Assembly: GCA_002811645.1 (NCBI GenBank)
Contig: PDIP01000079.1
Span: 81,576-145,575, forward strand
Direction of reading: 5' to 3'
Source: Corallochytrium limacisporum Hawaii
Lineage: Eukaryota; Protista; Pluriformea
DNA: 64,000 nucleotides
In this document: one piece after another, positions 47,062 through 58,200 of the stretch
Position numbering within the stretch: position 1 is the stretch's first letter
Layout: every line of letters starts with the position of its first letter
Program-made: the position numbers and the translations under genes
Notes under the pieces: generated by a model
Told to the model about the DNA's origin: nothing
The model's database searches: none
What the model saw: the letters and a program-made list of their open reading frames with translations, nothing else

Positions 47062-47736
47062 ATGCCCAGCCCAACAAAGAATCTGAATTCCTACACGGTC
47101 AAGGAGCTGCAGGAGATGCTCCGCGAGCAGAACTTGAGCACCTCGGGAAAGAAGAAGGAACTGATCGCACGCCTGGAGAAGGCTGAGTTGAATGCCGCCG
47201 CCGCCACTCCCTACCGTGCCGAAAAAGAGATTGAATTCGAAGACGATGATGACGACGACGAGATCGAGTTCACTTCTCCTACCGGTCTCATCGCAATCGA
47301 CGACGACGACTTCGGTGACATGAGCCCCCTGCGCAACAGCCACCGCATCGCTCAGTTGCTGGTCACTGCTGAAATTCTGCTGGTCTTCGCTTATGTCCCG
47401 GCCGCCTTCAAAAGTCTGGAGTTCCCTATGCAGCACATCGAAAAGTTCACTGACCAGACCTACGGACAGACCTGTCTCGAATACTTTACCATCCTGTTCC
47501 TGCTGCCTCTCATGGTTGGCGTCTTCATCAACCTAGACGAGTACGACGCCTCTCCTGTCTGCATCTTCGTCTTCGGTATTGCCCGAACTCTTGTCTTCTA
47601 CGTGATCAAGCCCAGTGTTCTTAGCACCGTTCTGAACCCTGAGTGGTACCTGTTGGCTTCTGCAATTATGGTTTTGTGTGCTATGTGGGACAACCAGAAG
47701 GCTATTCTGGCAGGACTTCGGGGAACTGAGATTTGA
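47062..47736 (+). CDS. SAP-domain protein with an acidic linker and ~4 C-terminal TM helices (224 aa)
   Basis: LNSYTVKELQEMLREQNLSTSGKKKELIARL is a canonical SAP motif; ATG in ACAAAC context at 47062. Confidence 0.85.
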   Translation: MPSPTKNLNSYTVKELQEMLREQNLSTSGKKKELIARLEKAELNAAAATPYRAEKEIEFEDDDDDDEIEFTSPTGLIAIDDDDFGDMSPLRNSHRIAQLLVTAEILLVFAYVPAAFKSLEFPMQHIEKFTDQTYGQTCLEYFTILFLLPLMVGVFINLDEYDASPVCIFVFGIARTLVFYVIKPSVLSTVLNPEWYLLASAIMVLCAMWDNQKAILAGLRGTEI

Positions 47737-48918
47737 AGGGTGTATCTAGCATATCAACATCAATCTTTAAACCGGGAACCGTTGGAACGAGTGACCAAAA
47801 CTCCCCGCTATAGGAAAAAAGACTTTAAAAACAAAGCATTACATTTCATCAATCTGTTCGGGATTGGCACCTATACCGTATCATTACAATCACTTGACGT
47901 GTTTACCAGCTGGTCGCCCTTGCATGTTGAAACATGGTCAGAGCATTGCAATCGTCGGGCGTCCCGATTCGAAAATGGACCCCCGTCTGATTTGCGCAGC
48001 CCCACTGCTTGAACCTCTGGTACTTGCAGCAGTGCACTACATTTCCCATACACGCTGGCCGGAGTAGTACTTTCACTATTGAACTGCCTAAAATCGCCCA
48101 TAAGTCTGAACCCCCCTCCCCGCGGGGGCGCATTAGCGGCAGTGGCACGGTAACCCCCCTCCGCGGAACGCGAATGCGGTGCGCAGAGTTTGACCTCATT
48201 TCCAGCGACTCCGCCCACCGCGCATTTTTTTTACGAAGCATGCGAGGGTATAGGCCTCAGCCCCTACACGCGTAATTGCCGACTAAACTCTTGTACAATC
48301 GTACTTTCTTCGTATAGCACATCCGCGAGGTTTTCCACAGGGGCTAACCGACAGTGAGCCTACGGGACTGGATTCCTTGCACTGTTGAAGACTTTGCTAC
48401 CTGCATTTTCATGCCGTGCGCAGTCAATGGCCAGTGTGCTTTACCCAATTTGAATAGAAAAATTAGGTTAGCTTTTCGATACTGTCGAAGTTTTGCATCG
48501 GCAGACGTGAGCATTCAAATTTTCCGTAGAAATTGTAAGGAAGCACGCCTGTCTCTCCCGTCCCTAAATCACTCACCAGTGAGGCGGTCTGGCAGAATGG
48601 TCGTGCTCGTAGGCGAACGACAGGAAGGGAAAGAAAGAGGGTGAAACGGCCGGGGGGGGAGGGGGGGAAGGGACCAAGTGGAGCCAGATTGGAAGACTGT
48701 TGGTACCGCATAGTTTGTCAACCCAGCCCTATATGGATGAAAGGTCTAATACTTTCGATGACGGAGCAAAACATTGAAGTTTCTGTTCTTCGACAAATAG
48801 TGATGGTTAGAGTGCATAATGGTATTAAACGACACACATGCATCATTGATCCATAGGATTTGGAACCCGTGGTCATGTGCGATTGATCTGCATTATTGAC
48901 GTTTAAAGAATTTCAGTG

Positions 48919-49830
48919 ATGTTGGGCCTGTATACTATCACGACAGTGATTCAGACTCTTGTCGATACCGATGGCGATGGAGAAGCCAACACTTTGAACA
49001 AGATCATCCTCGGTTCCATCCTTGGTCTGGCAATAATATGGTATCAGTCATCGGTAGAAAAGCCCAGTACCAGCATAAAGAGTCTTGAATTTGATGTGAA
49101 ATACCAGAATAGCGTACCTGTAAAGAAGATCGATGTGAAGGACCTTAAGAAGCCCTCTGTGAAGGAACTCAAGACTCTCTCCGCGAAAGACGACAAAGTT
49201 GTCAGGTTTGAAAGGGTCAACGCCAAGCTCGACCAGACCTGGGGTGAGCTGGTCCAGTGGTTCGATGACCCTACTTTCAATGAGTCCACGACCAAGAACG
49301 GTACGAGGGTCGCTAGCAAGCTTGTTGATGATACTGGTATTCCAATTTTGCGCGTCAAGACCTTGCTCCCTCAGTATAAGCCTGAAGAGATCATCAACAT
49401 GCTATGGAACGCTGACACAGCGACAACCAAAATCATGGAGCCTGATTTCCTGGAGCGGAACAATTTGGAACAGTCCGAGAACCTGACTATCGCACACCAG
49501 GTCATCAAGACCCCCATGATCATTGCCAATCGTGACAACGTTTGTAGCCTTACTCGTCGTCAACAAGGCAACACTGTCGCTATGGTGTCTCGGAGCTGTG
49601 ATGACATTTACAACGGATGTCCTGCAGGATACAAAGGATGTGCTCGGGCAACCCTGATTCGCGGATGTTTTGCAGCACGCCCAGCTTCTGGTGGTGGTTC
49701 CGAAATAGTGCGCATGGTCCAGTCAGATGCCGGTGGCAGTATCCCAAAGTCGTTGGTCAGCGCTATGAGTGCCAAGTGGGTTGCACAGGTGGAGAACCTC
49801 CCCAAGGCAATGAAAGCCAACGGGTATTAA
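48919..49830 (+). CDS. START lipid-binding domain protein with an N-terminal TM anchor (a small upstream exon is possible)
   Basis: W..(F)DD, TPMIIANRDNVC (RD motif), SDAGGSIPKSLV; TM IILGSILGLAIIWY; TTGAC..TTTCAG acceptor-like sequence just before the ATG. Confidence 0.85.
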   Translation: MLGLYTITTVIQTLVDTDGDGEANTLNKIILGSILGLAIIWYQSSVEKPSTSIKSLEFDVKYQNSVPVKKIDVKDLKKPSVKELKTLSAKDDKVVRFERVNAKLDQTWGELVQWFDDPTFNESTTKNGTRVASKLVDDTGIPILRVKTLLPQYKPEEIINMLWNADTATTKIMEPDFLERNNLEQSENLTIAHQVIKTPMIIANRDNVCSLTRRQQGNTVAMVSRSCDDIYNGCPAGYKGCARATLIRGCFAARPASGGGSEIVRMVQSDAGGSIPKSLVSAMSAKWVAQVENLPKAMKANGY

Positions 49831-50082
49831 ACTAAACGACCATGTTGAACATTACATCTATACGTGTCTATCATTATCCCGGTCAGCATCTCCTAACAGA
49901 CACCCTTCCTTCTTTTGTTCCAAAACCGCTCTGAACATGTCCAGCTTCCGTGCCCACCTACCGATGGTCTGGGTAGCCACCACAGTCCGAATGAAGAGCA
50001 CATCACTAGGCAAAGCCAAATTGATCAATGAGTCGCTCCACAGCCCGGTCCCCCCTCCTTCGGGGAAAAAGAGAAGGGGGGG

Positions 50083-50110
<28 letters not shown>
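50083..50110. repeat. (GA)n microsatellite
   Basis: Direct reading. Confidence 0.9.
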
Positions 50111-50113
<3 letters not shown>

Positions 50114-52685
50114 GGGTAACGGGGTTGCACCAGTCTCCTCCAACCGCTTCTCCAGGGTCTGCACCGGGCCCAAAAACACGACGTATGGTTGCGCAAGACT
50201 TGAAATCTGGTTGACTCGACTTTGGCATTGTTTTCTAGTACATTTAGTACAGAGGCATGGATGGCTTAAGCGAGTTCAACTTTGCGAGAGAAATGGCAGT
50301 AGGCGAGTACCGAAAAAGTTGGGGGCATTGATGGCAGGTGCTTCGGTATATTTCGTTATGCAAAGCAAACAACCAAGGGGTAGGCGGCGTGATCAACACC
50401 AACGGTGTACAATTGCGAGGGGAGAATGCCCTCATTCCGAGCAAGGCGGATTTCCGTGGTCTGACAACCTTGCATCCTTCGACAACACAGTGGGAAGGCG
50501 GTTGACCTTGTCTTTGGGGTTCGACTATTCAAAGTTATGGCTTCACTGACGTAGGCGAACGAAATGTAGCCTGGCTGTTCGATGCGCTACCCATTAAATG
50601 CGGTGGTGATGGCTGATTCGCAAGCCATTAGCCATGGCAGCAGTGACAAAGCACAACAGAGTCTGAACCTATTCCACACACCGGCGTTTGTGCCGATGAT
50701 GCTACCAAGTCCGAAACGTCACAGACCTACTGTCACGCCCGCAAACCTCAAGCAGCATAAGCTGACGGTAAGAGTATCCCAATGGATGGTCCAATTACCT
50801 ATGCAATGCGTGTGCAGTGATGGTGTTGTGCAGACGGTGGCAGTCAGACAGCTGTATAACGAAGATGTTGTCGCCCCGTTCACTGATACGCACAAGCCTA
50901 TGTATGCCTGGCCATACTAACGTGCTTCACCACCATGTCCATGAGCGTACGAAAAATTGCGAAACAGGTTCTCCACTGACCTTCCCAACACCCTAAAGGC
51001 GGCATGAAGTGCTCCTGTTCCATTTGCCCCGCACCTAGGGAAGACGGCCACCCAGTGGGCGTGCATACTCTGTCCTACAGGTCTTGCCCAAAGGGTAGTC
51101 ACCTGTGAAGCGGCGGTCTACTTGTTTCAACGCTACACCCGGCGAGAGAGAAGTGTTGACCTGGAGCTCGCTTGGTCACAACAACGACATTTGATCCGGC
51201 GGAAGGATGTGTGCCAATTTTGAAGAAAACAATCATAGCTAGATAAATACAAAGAGTATCGGTTGTAAAGACAGGCGGAGTACAAGGGTAGTAGAAGGAG
51301 GTATTGACCGCGGAGAGCGAAGCTTTCAGTGTCTCCAGGACCGCCGACCGCAGCTCATTGAGGGATATTGATCACCACCTCTCTCTCCTTTTGGGAAGTT
51401 TTCTCCATATACTGTCACGCCCGTGTGATGATGCTGTCCACGCTAGAAGAATTGGAGGAAAATGTTTAGTCCCCCCCCCCCCCATCCCTCCGTGCTGGAG
51501 GAAAATGTTTAGCCCCCCCCCCCCCCATCCCTCCGTGCTGCGTTTGTGGCTCCCTTACGGTGGGTCAGGGAACCAGGAAAGGACAAAAATAGCGCAACGT
51601 CACATCACGGGCAAAAAGACTAGCCTAGCCATCACACACCCCAAGACCTGGAGAGCTGGTGTAAGCGCGCCACGCAAAAAATCGCAAAAAAAAAAAATGG
51701 AAAAAAAACTCCATCTTTCCTTTCTCCCCGTGTGGCCGTGGCTGTGCTTCCCGGGCTTGAGAGTGTGGCGTTGTGCGGTGCGGGGAGTGGCTGATGTTGG
51801 ATTTCCGACGATGGGCCAATTCTCACGCGATGGCGCATCCTCCGGTCGTTCATAAACGGAGCCCAACAAAAGAGGATCTGCGAAGAAAGTTCACAGATTT
51901 TGTAGGAGCAACTGCAACGACAACAAAAAAACTGGTACTCATCGACAACAAAAAAACTGGTACTCTTGGTTCGCACACATCCCCTGGGGGGGGGGGACAA
52001 CCCGTGGGCGGAACAAGAGCCGATAGGCTCTCCAGATACGGCGCCAATTCTGAGGGATATACCGGAGGTACTGGTTCTCACCACACATGAAACAATGATT
52101 TAGGGCTTATGGGGTTCCCTTTGGCCGTGTTTACGTGCGCGTAAGATGGCCGGGGGAAGAAAGCGACCAACCGTCATCAATCATCCTATCATCTCCTTAG
52201 GCGCCCTCCCATATGTAATGACCAGTGGATACATGTGCGTGATGTGTGTGTGTGACAACCGCATCGACAATCACACACAGCAGCTGTGACCGTGGTACCC
52301 CTTTACTAAAACACCCTGAATCAGCACCAAAGGACCCATTGTCACGTCGTCGTGTGTACTGCGCCCTAAACCCCCGACCTCGGCCTTCCAAAAGCCGTGA
52401 TAAAAGTGATTGGGAGTTTACTATAGAGAACGCTAGAAGAAAAGTTTGCCACGGAGGGAGAGTGCCGAAGGGAGGAGTGGGAGAGCTGCGGGGGACAAAA
52501 ATAACGCTGGATTTTCGCCCGCCTCGGCTGAAAAAACACCAAAACAATACGGCATCTAATGAAGTGGTAATAGGACTGTTGCAGGTATGTCAGAGTGCCT
52601 AGGAGATGCGTACACTGTACAGCCCCAACCTGACTTAGGTTTTCCACACTAAGAACCAAACTTGTTCGGAATCACACAAGCAATC

Positions 52686-53621
52686 ATGGTACACAGCGCT
52701 CAGTCCCCGGCTCTGCGGAATAGCCGCTGGGCTGCCAACTCTGCCTCAGAGGCACAGCCCCCGCCTCTCAATGAGATTCTGAAGAAGGCCGGCAAGCGTG
52801 CCATCGGTGGCGGTCTGCCTGGTGCCACTGCCATGGGTATTCAGGTCTGCTCGCTCATGTGGCTGCGTACCACAATGAACTACCAGTACCGTCACGGAAC
52901 CACCACCACGCAGGCCCTGAAGCACCTGTACGCTGAAGGCGGTATTCGCCGTTTCTACCGCGGTATCGGTCCGGCTCTGTTCCAGGGCCCTCTTTCTCGC
53001 TTCGGTGACACTGCTGCCAACAGTGGTATCCTGGCTCTGATGGACTCGTACGAGAACACTCGCGGCTTGCCCACTGCAGTAAAGACCCTGGGTGCTTCCG
53101 CTGCCGCCGCCACCTGGCGTATCTTCCTTATGCCTATCGATACTATGAAGACTATGATGCAGGTCGAGGGTTCCAAGGGTCTGGGTATGCTGCAGAACAA
53201 GATCCGCACCTCAGGTATTCGTGTCATGTGGTACGGTGCTCTTGCGGCTGCAGGTGCCACCTTCGTCGGTCACTATCCTTGGTTCTTCACGTATAACCAA
53301 CTGAACGAACTGCTGCCCAAGCCAGAGGACACTCTGTCCAAGCTGGCCCGCAATGCTTTCATCGGTTTCAATGCTTCCGTGGTTTCGGACACTTGCTCCA
53401 ACTCTATTCGTGTGATTAAGACCACTCGTCAGACCTTCGATCGCCCAGTGTCGTATATGGAAGCTGCACAGGTTGTCATCAAGCAGGACGGTCTCGCCGG
53501 TTTGTTCGGTCGGGGACTGAAGACCCGTTTCCTGGCTAACGGTATGCAGGGTCTTTTGTTCACTGTGCTCTGGAAGTATTTCGAAGAGCAGATGAACAAG
53601 CGCATGGACAAGAAGAACTGA
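52686..53621 (+). CDS. Mitochondrial carrier family protein, atypical MWLRT.MNYQYR subfamily
   Basis: Three carrier repeats: EGG.RRFYRG, PIDTMKT.MQ, DG..GLFGRGL. Confidence 0.9.
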   Translation: MVHSAQSPALRNSRWAANSASEAQPPPLNEILKKAGKRAIGGGLPGATAMGIQVCSLMWLRTTMNYQYRHGTTTTQALKHLYAEGGIRRFYRGIGPALFQGPLSRFGDTAANSGILALMDSYENTRGLPTAVKTLGASAAAATWRIFLMPIDTMKTMMQVEGSKGLGMLQNKIRTSGIRVMWYGALAAAGATFVGHYPWFFTYNQLNELLPKPEDTLSKLARNAFIGFNASVVSDTCSNSIRVIKTTRQTFDRPVSYMEAAQVVIKQDGLAGLFGRGLKTRFLANGMQGLLFTVLWKYFEEQMNKRMDKKN

Positions 53622-54128
53622 AGTACAACATCTTAGTAACGAGAAACAAAACACACAATCACGGGCTCGCTGAAAGCGCATTTCGCACAGACGGGAAGTC
53701 CACTCTACATACATGTTCCCATCATCATGGTTCGTATTTAATGAATAGATGGTTCTACCACCAGCATCATTTTACCACGTAGTGCTTGAGTACTGCCCAT
53801 GTCACTAGCTGCATGCGGAGGAGAAGTGCATACATAGATGACCACGCTCGGCCATACTCTCACAGTCCCGATGGAATTCTAATCAATATTTAGTGGGGAT
53901 ATTGATCGGCTCCACAACGAAGAGCCGGCGCGGGGGATATCTCTACTTAGGTAATTTCAGAACATCTCTACAGGTATAGAACGTAATTGGTACATGGATG
54001 TGTAATGATTATGTGTATGGTGGTGACTATTGTCATGAATTTTAAGAGACTCTACGAAATTTCTATGAAGATGGCACCATGGAAGATGAGATGTTCGGAA
54101 CATGGCGATCTAGTGTCTGCTGGTCCGT

Positions 54129-55295
54129 CTAGTGAACTTCAGACTCTTCCTTCTGGAGCATGACCTTCTGCTGCCAACGCAGATTCTTGTTGCGGTCCAG
54201 GTTGGCGACATCCACATCTTGTACCACATAGCGGTTTGCAATAATATTGTACACTCCTGCGATACGTCCGAACGAATGCTTCTGCAATGCTTCACTGATA
54301 TCCTGTCTGGAAATACCGAGCTCTTCCATCTGGGACAGCACCTCAGAGTGAGAAGGGTACACATTCTTCTGGTGCATGCCCGCAGACCTGATGAGGATGT
54401 CGTTCTTCAAAATCTTTGGCGGGGCACGCTTGGTGGGCTCAGGCACCAGCATGAGCTTTACAATGCGGCGGAAGGGCGGAGGTACCCAAGCTGGGAAGGT
54501 GTATGCTCCCTTCAATACCTTTTCCATCAACTCCCGGTGGCTGGTAGCCAAGAATGGCTTCTGACCGCAAATAAGTTCGTACACAACAACACCTAAGGAC
54601 CAAATGTCCACAGCCATGGGCAGGTAAGCCTCACGGCGGAACAGCTCTGGCGCCGCGTACGGAGGGCTACCAGGCCACTCTGTCTTCACGAATTGACCGG
54701 GCCAGCACTGTACACTCAGTCCGTAATCTACTAGTTTGGCGTTCATCTTATGATCCAGGAGAATATTCAGTGCCTTCATATCACGATGCGCAATGTTGTA
54801 GCTATGGATGTGTTCAAGAGCCAGGATAATCTGGCGAGTTAAGCGACGGACCTCCTCGAGCTTCTTCTTGCGGTCGTCAATGCTCTTGATGTATTCCCGA
54901 ATGTTACCACCAGAGCACAACTCGAGGAACATATACAAAACATCCTCAGTATCGACAATCTCGTAGAGTTTGCCAATGTGCGGATGAGAAGCTGCCGGTG
55001 CTGACAGGCGCTGCAAGATGTGTACTTCGTGGAACAGAGCCTTCATGGAGCGCTGATCAAGAGCACGCTTGTTCACAATCTTTACTGCAACCTTGTCTTT
55101 GGTCAAAACATGTGTAGCTTCACGGACGACACAAAAGCCTCCGCGACCAATCATATCACCGATAATGTAGAGTCCGACCCGCTTTGGGATCTTAACTGTG
55201 TGTGGTTTCTCGTCCTTCTTCGAGCGACTGCTAGTGGCCGCGCTAGCGCCTGGACCCTGTGCAGCCATAATTCTGTTCAGCGTTGTGGTCGCCAT
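54129..55295 (-). CDS. AMPK-related (MARK/SIK-like) Ser/Thr kinase with a UBA domain
   Basis: IGRGGF, VAVK, HRDMKALN, DYG, GSPPYAAPE, DIWSLGV; UBA-like QMEELGISRQDISEAL...F..IAGVYNII. Confidence 0.93.
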   Translation of the reverse strand: MATTTLNRIMAAQGPGASAATSSRSKKDEKPHTVKIPKRVGLYIIGDMIGRGGFCVVREATHVLTKDKVAVKIVNKRALDQRSMKALFHEVHILQRLSAPAASHPHIGKLYEIVDTEDVLYMFLELCSGGNIREYIKSIDDRKKKLEEVRRLTRQIILALEHIHSYNIAHRDMKALNILLDHKMNAKLVDYGLSVQCWPGQFVKTEWPGSPPYAAPELFRREAYLPMAVDIWSLGVVVYELICGQKPFLATSHRELMEKVLKGAYTFPAWVPPPFRRIVKLMLVPEPTKRAPPKILKNDILIRSAGMHQKNVYPSHSEVLSQMEELGISRQDISEALQKHSFGRIAGVYNIIANRYVVQDVDVANLDRNKNLRWQQKVMLQKEESEVH

Positions 55296-58200
55296 TGCCC
55301 TACAAACTTGTTTTCTTAGTTTCTGTTCTAGATCTTGTGTAGACCCAGTATGTTCTTTCGCAATTTAGTCGCGTCTGTTGTATCCTATTTGAACCATGCC
55401 GTCCGACGTACTCATGGACTACTCTCCTCCGTGACTTCCAACTCATTATGTTCTGATGTAGCTTTCATTCTACCAAACAGCCCTTGAGCACTGGAATTCT
55501 ATTTTTCCCCACAAATCGATCTCTTATCTGGAATGTGACTGTGGGCCTCCCAATTTCATTGAACGTTTGTAGGCCAGGGTGCAGTGCGTGCCATCCCCCC
55601 CCACCCCCGTGTGTGTGCCCCACTGCAGAGATGGGTCATGGCTTAGTCCCTCCAAACCGGCTCCTTTGGAGCCCACACCACCACCACTCCTACGCCCCAG
55701 CTTTTCTTCTTCAAGTTCAATACTAAACATTCCCAACCTTTTTCTCGTCTCTACCAGCTTTCCGCCAAAATTTAAAACACACACCTCCCTCCCTCCTATT
55801 CCATCCGCAGTTCTCCCCCCACCCCCCTTCCTCCCTCCCCCCTTCCCTTCCTTTCCCTCGAGTCCTTGCCATTTCCTCCCCTTTCTCCCTTCCTTTCCTT
55901 TCTTTTTTTTTTTTCGCAGTCCTCTCGGTGGGTGTGGGACGTGAATCAGCCCCTCCCTTTTCGTTCTCCTCTTCCGTTCTCGGGAGGCGGGAAGGGTGGG
56001 TTGTGAGAGTATGCAGACAAACAGAAAAAAAAAAGAGGGGGAGCCATCCCAAAATAGAGGACAATTTCACTGTTCTAAGCGTTTTTGCCCTCCCCCCCCC
56101 CTACGCATCTCGCCCAAATCAAACGCAAGGGTCAGACATCAAACAGAGATATCCTTGATCCTTGAACACACTTTCTTCTCACAGTCATGCACTTGTGAGA
56201 GCCATTGGGTAGGAAAATGGGAAAATATGGGAGCGGGGAGGACAACAGCCAAGAGGAAGATATCGATAACAGCACTTTCTGAAATTGTTGTGTGTGCGGC
56301 AAAAGTTAGGGCGACGGGGAGGGAAAAGCAGCCAAAAGGAAGGAAAAGGAAAGAAAAAATGGAACGCCAGAAGGGAACCCCGAACAGACACCCCCCGCCG
56401 CCAAAACTCGTGATGGGGGGAAGGTGTGAAGCGGAGAGAACGATTAATTGGGGGCAGGGGCAGGGGAAGGGGGGGGGGACTCTTTCAGCTGTACTAACTC
56501 GGCCTGACATTCTTGGTTCGGCATTGCTATATGCGGACGGGTGCGAATGAGAGAGGAGTGGGAAGAAGGGAGAAAATCTCTCCGAGGCCAAGGATGAAAA
56601 GTTGCAGAGCCCGCTTCCATAAACAGAGACCGTGCCATGCAAAGACTATGACCGAATGCAGCCTGCCGTGTGATCTAGTTTGGTTGGTGTGTGTAAAAAG
56701 TTATAGATGGATAGGATAAATAGAGGTGAAACATCTGCGATCTGTTAGGCTTCAAAAGTGATTTGGTATTGATATCCATACAACAAACGGGAAAGGTGTC
56801 GTCTGCAAGGTGTACGGACTGTTATCCGTGTATGGATGTGCGGATCTTTTGTTTTCAGAGCCGCATCAGGACATGTGTGTGTGTGTGTGTTTTGTCAGAC
56901 GTAAGGTACATACACGCCCCTAAAGCGGATACCGACCAGCCGCTTCAGACAAAAAGGTTTTTTGACAAACGCCTAATGGTGTTCATCTCCGGAACTTCAA
57001 CCTCTCTCCTCCTCCGTCAGTGACCGTCCCCCCAACTATCAATAAGCGTGCGATACTTAGTCCACAGCAACTATTTTTTTGATGAGGCCTGGGGATATGA
57101 GAAGGTCTGCGCGGGGGCTTTGCGGCGTATGCGTATGCGAAGTGGTGAAGGACTGGACCACAGGATTCTAGGAGGACCTCGTTTGAGGCGGTGGCTCCCG
57201 CAGCTCCGATGTGGACAAACGGGACCTGAGTTGTTCGGATAATAATGGGGAAGGCCACGCCATGGACAACGATCATCATAGTATGAGAGGTATGGCGATG
57301 AGAGTTTGACTGGGAAACTGAAGGCTTTCTGCAATGCTTCAACCAAGAAGCATGGAAAAGATTTTTCTTCCGAAGCCACAACTCTCCTTTACGAAACCGG
57401 AGCAACCCCCAGCCGTCCTGAGGCAAAGTAGAAATTTGGGCTGAAAAAAAACAAGAGGCGGAATCTTTTCCCTAGTTTATTCTCTCTCTTTCCTCTCCTG
57501 TGAGTAACGTTTGTTTGTTTGGCATTCAAGTGCGCCTCCTATTGCTCCAACGCCAGCCGCTCAATTCAGCAGGAGCCCTTCATTAGACCGTGAGCCAAGA
57601 TCTTCGTCTGTGACCCATGAAAAGATCCAAATTTGGCCCTAGCTCCGGTGACGGTGCAGAGGAAAATCCAACATCGGCGATCGTTGCGAGACAGACAGCG
57701 CCGAGGAGCATACTGAGGAATGGTCAATGTACGGCGTTCGAAATGCTGGTTCTGTCCCGGTGTGCTGACAAAGTTGTAAGCCTTCCCGCCCCCCCCAGTC
57801 TGCCTGCGCGGTTGCTTCCGCAGAAATAGAAGCGGCAGGTGCATAAGTCAGCAAGCCTCCAGCACAGGAAACAAGAACTCACCCAGCCGGTTCCTAAACG
57901 AGCGCTGCACGCCTTACCTGCTACAACGTACGCACACAAGAAACAAGAGCGATGCAACGAAGGGAGTGACCCACCGAACCCCAAGCACGCACGGAGCAAC
58001 CCAGCACACAAGGGCATAAGCTCAGGAGGCCACAACGCACTGTGCAGCAGCCGAGGCACCTTGAGCCTGTGCTTGTGTACACGGAGACATCTGCATGCCA
58101 AATGTGGTCCAGTTAGGGGGTGGTTTGATTCGCACTAGTTGATTTGTGGTAGTGGTGGCATTTTGAACGAGTAAGGTTGGGTCGGGGACGAAGGTGAAGT

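Noticed and set aside
51455-51540. ~42-bp tandem duplication (GGAGGAAAATGTTTAG-polyC-ATCCCTCCGTGCT); similar duplications at 51918-51965, 62113-62171 and on both flanks of the 32.1-kb gap
   Set aside because: Each is centred on a homopolymer or microsatellite, the signature of unmerged contig-end overlaps; not CRISPR-like and not target-site duplications
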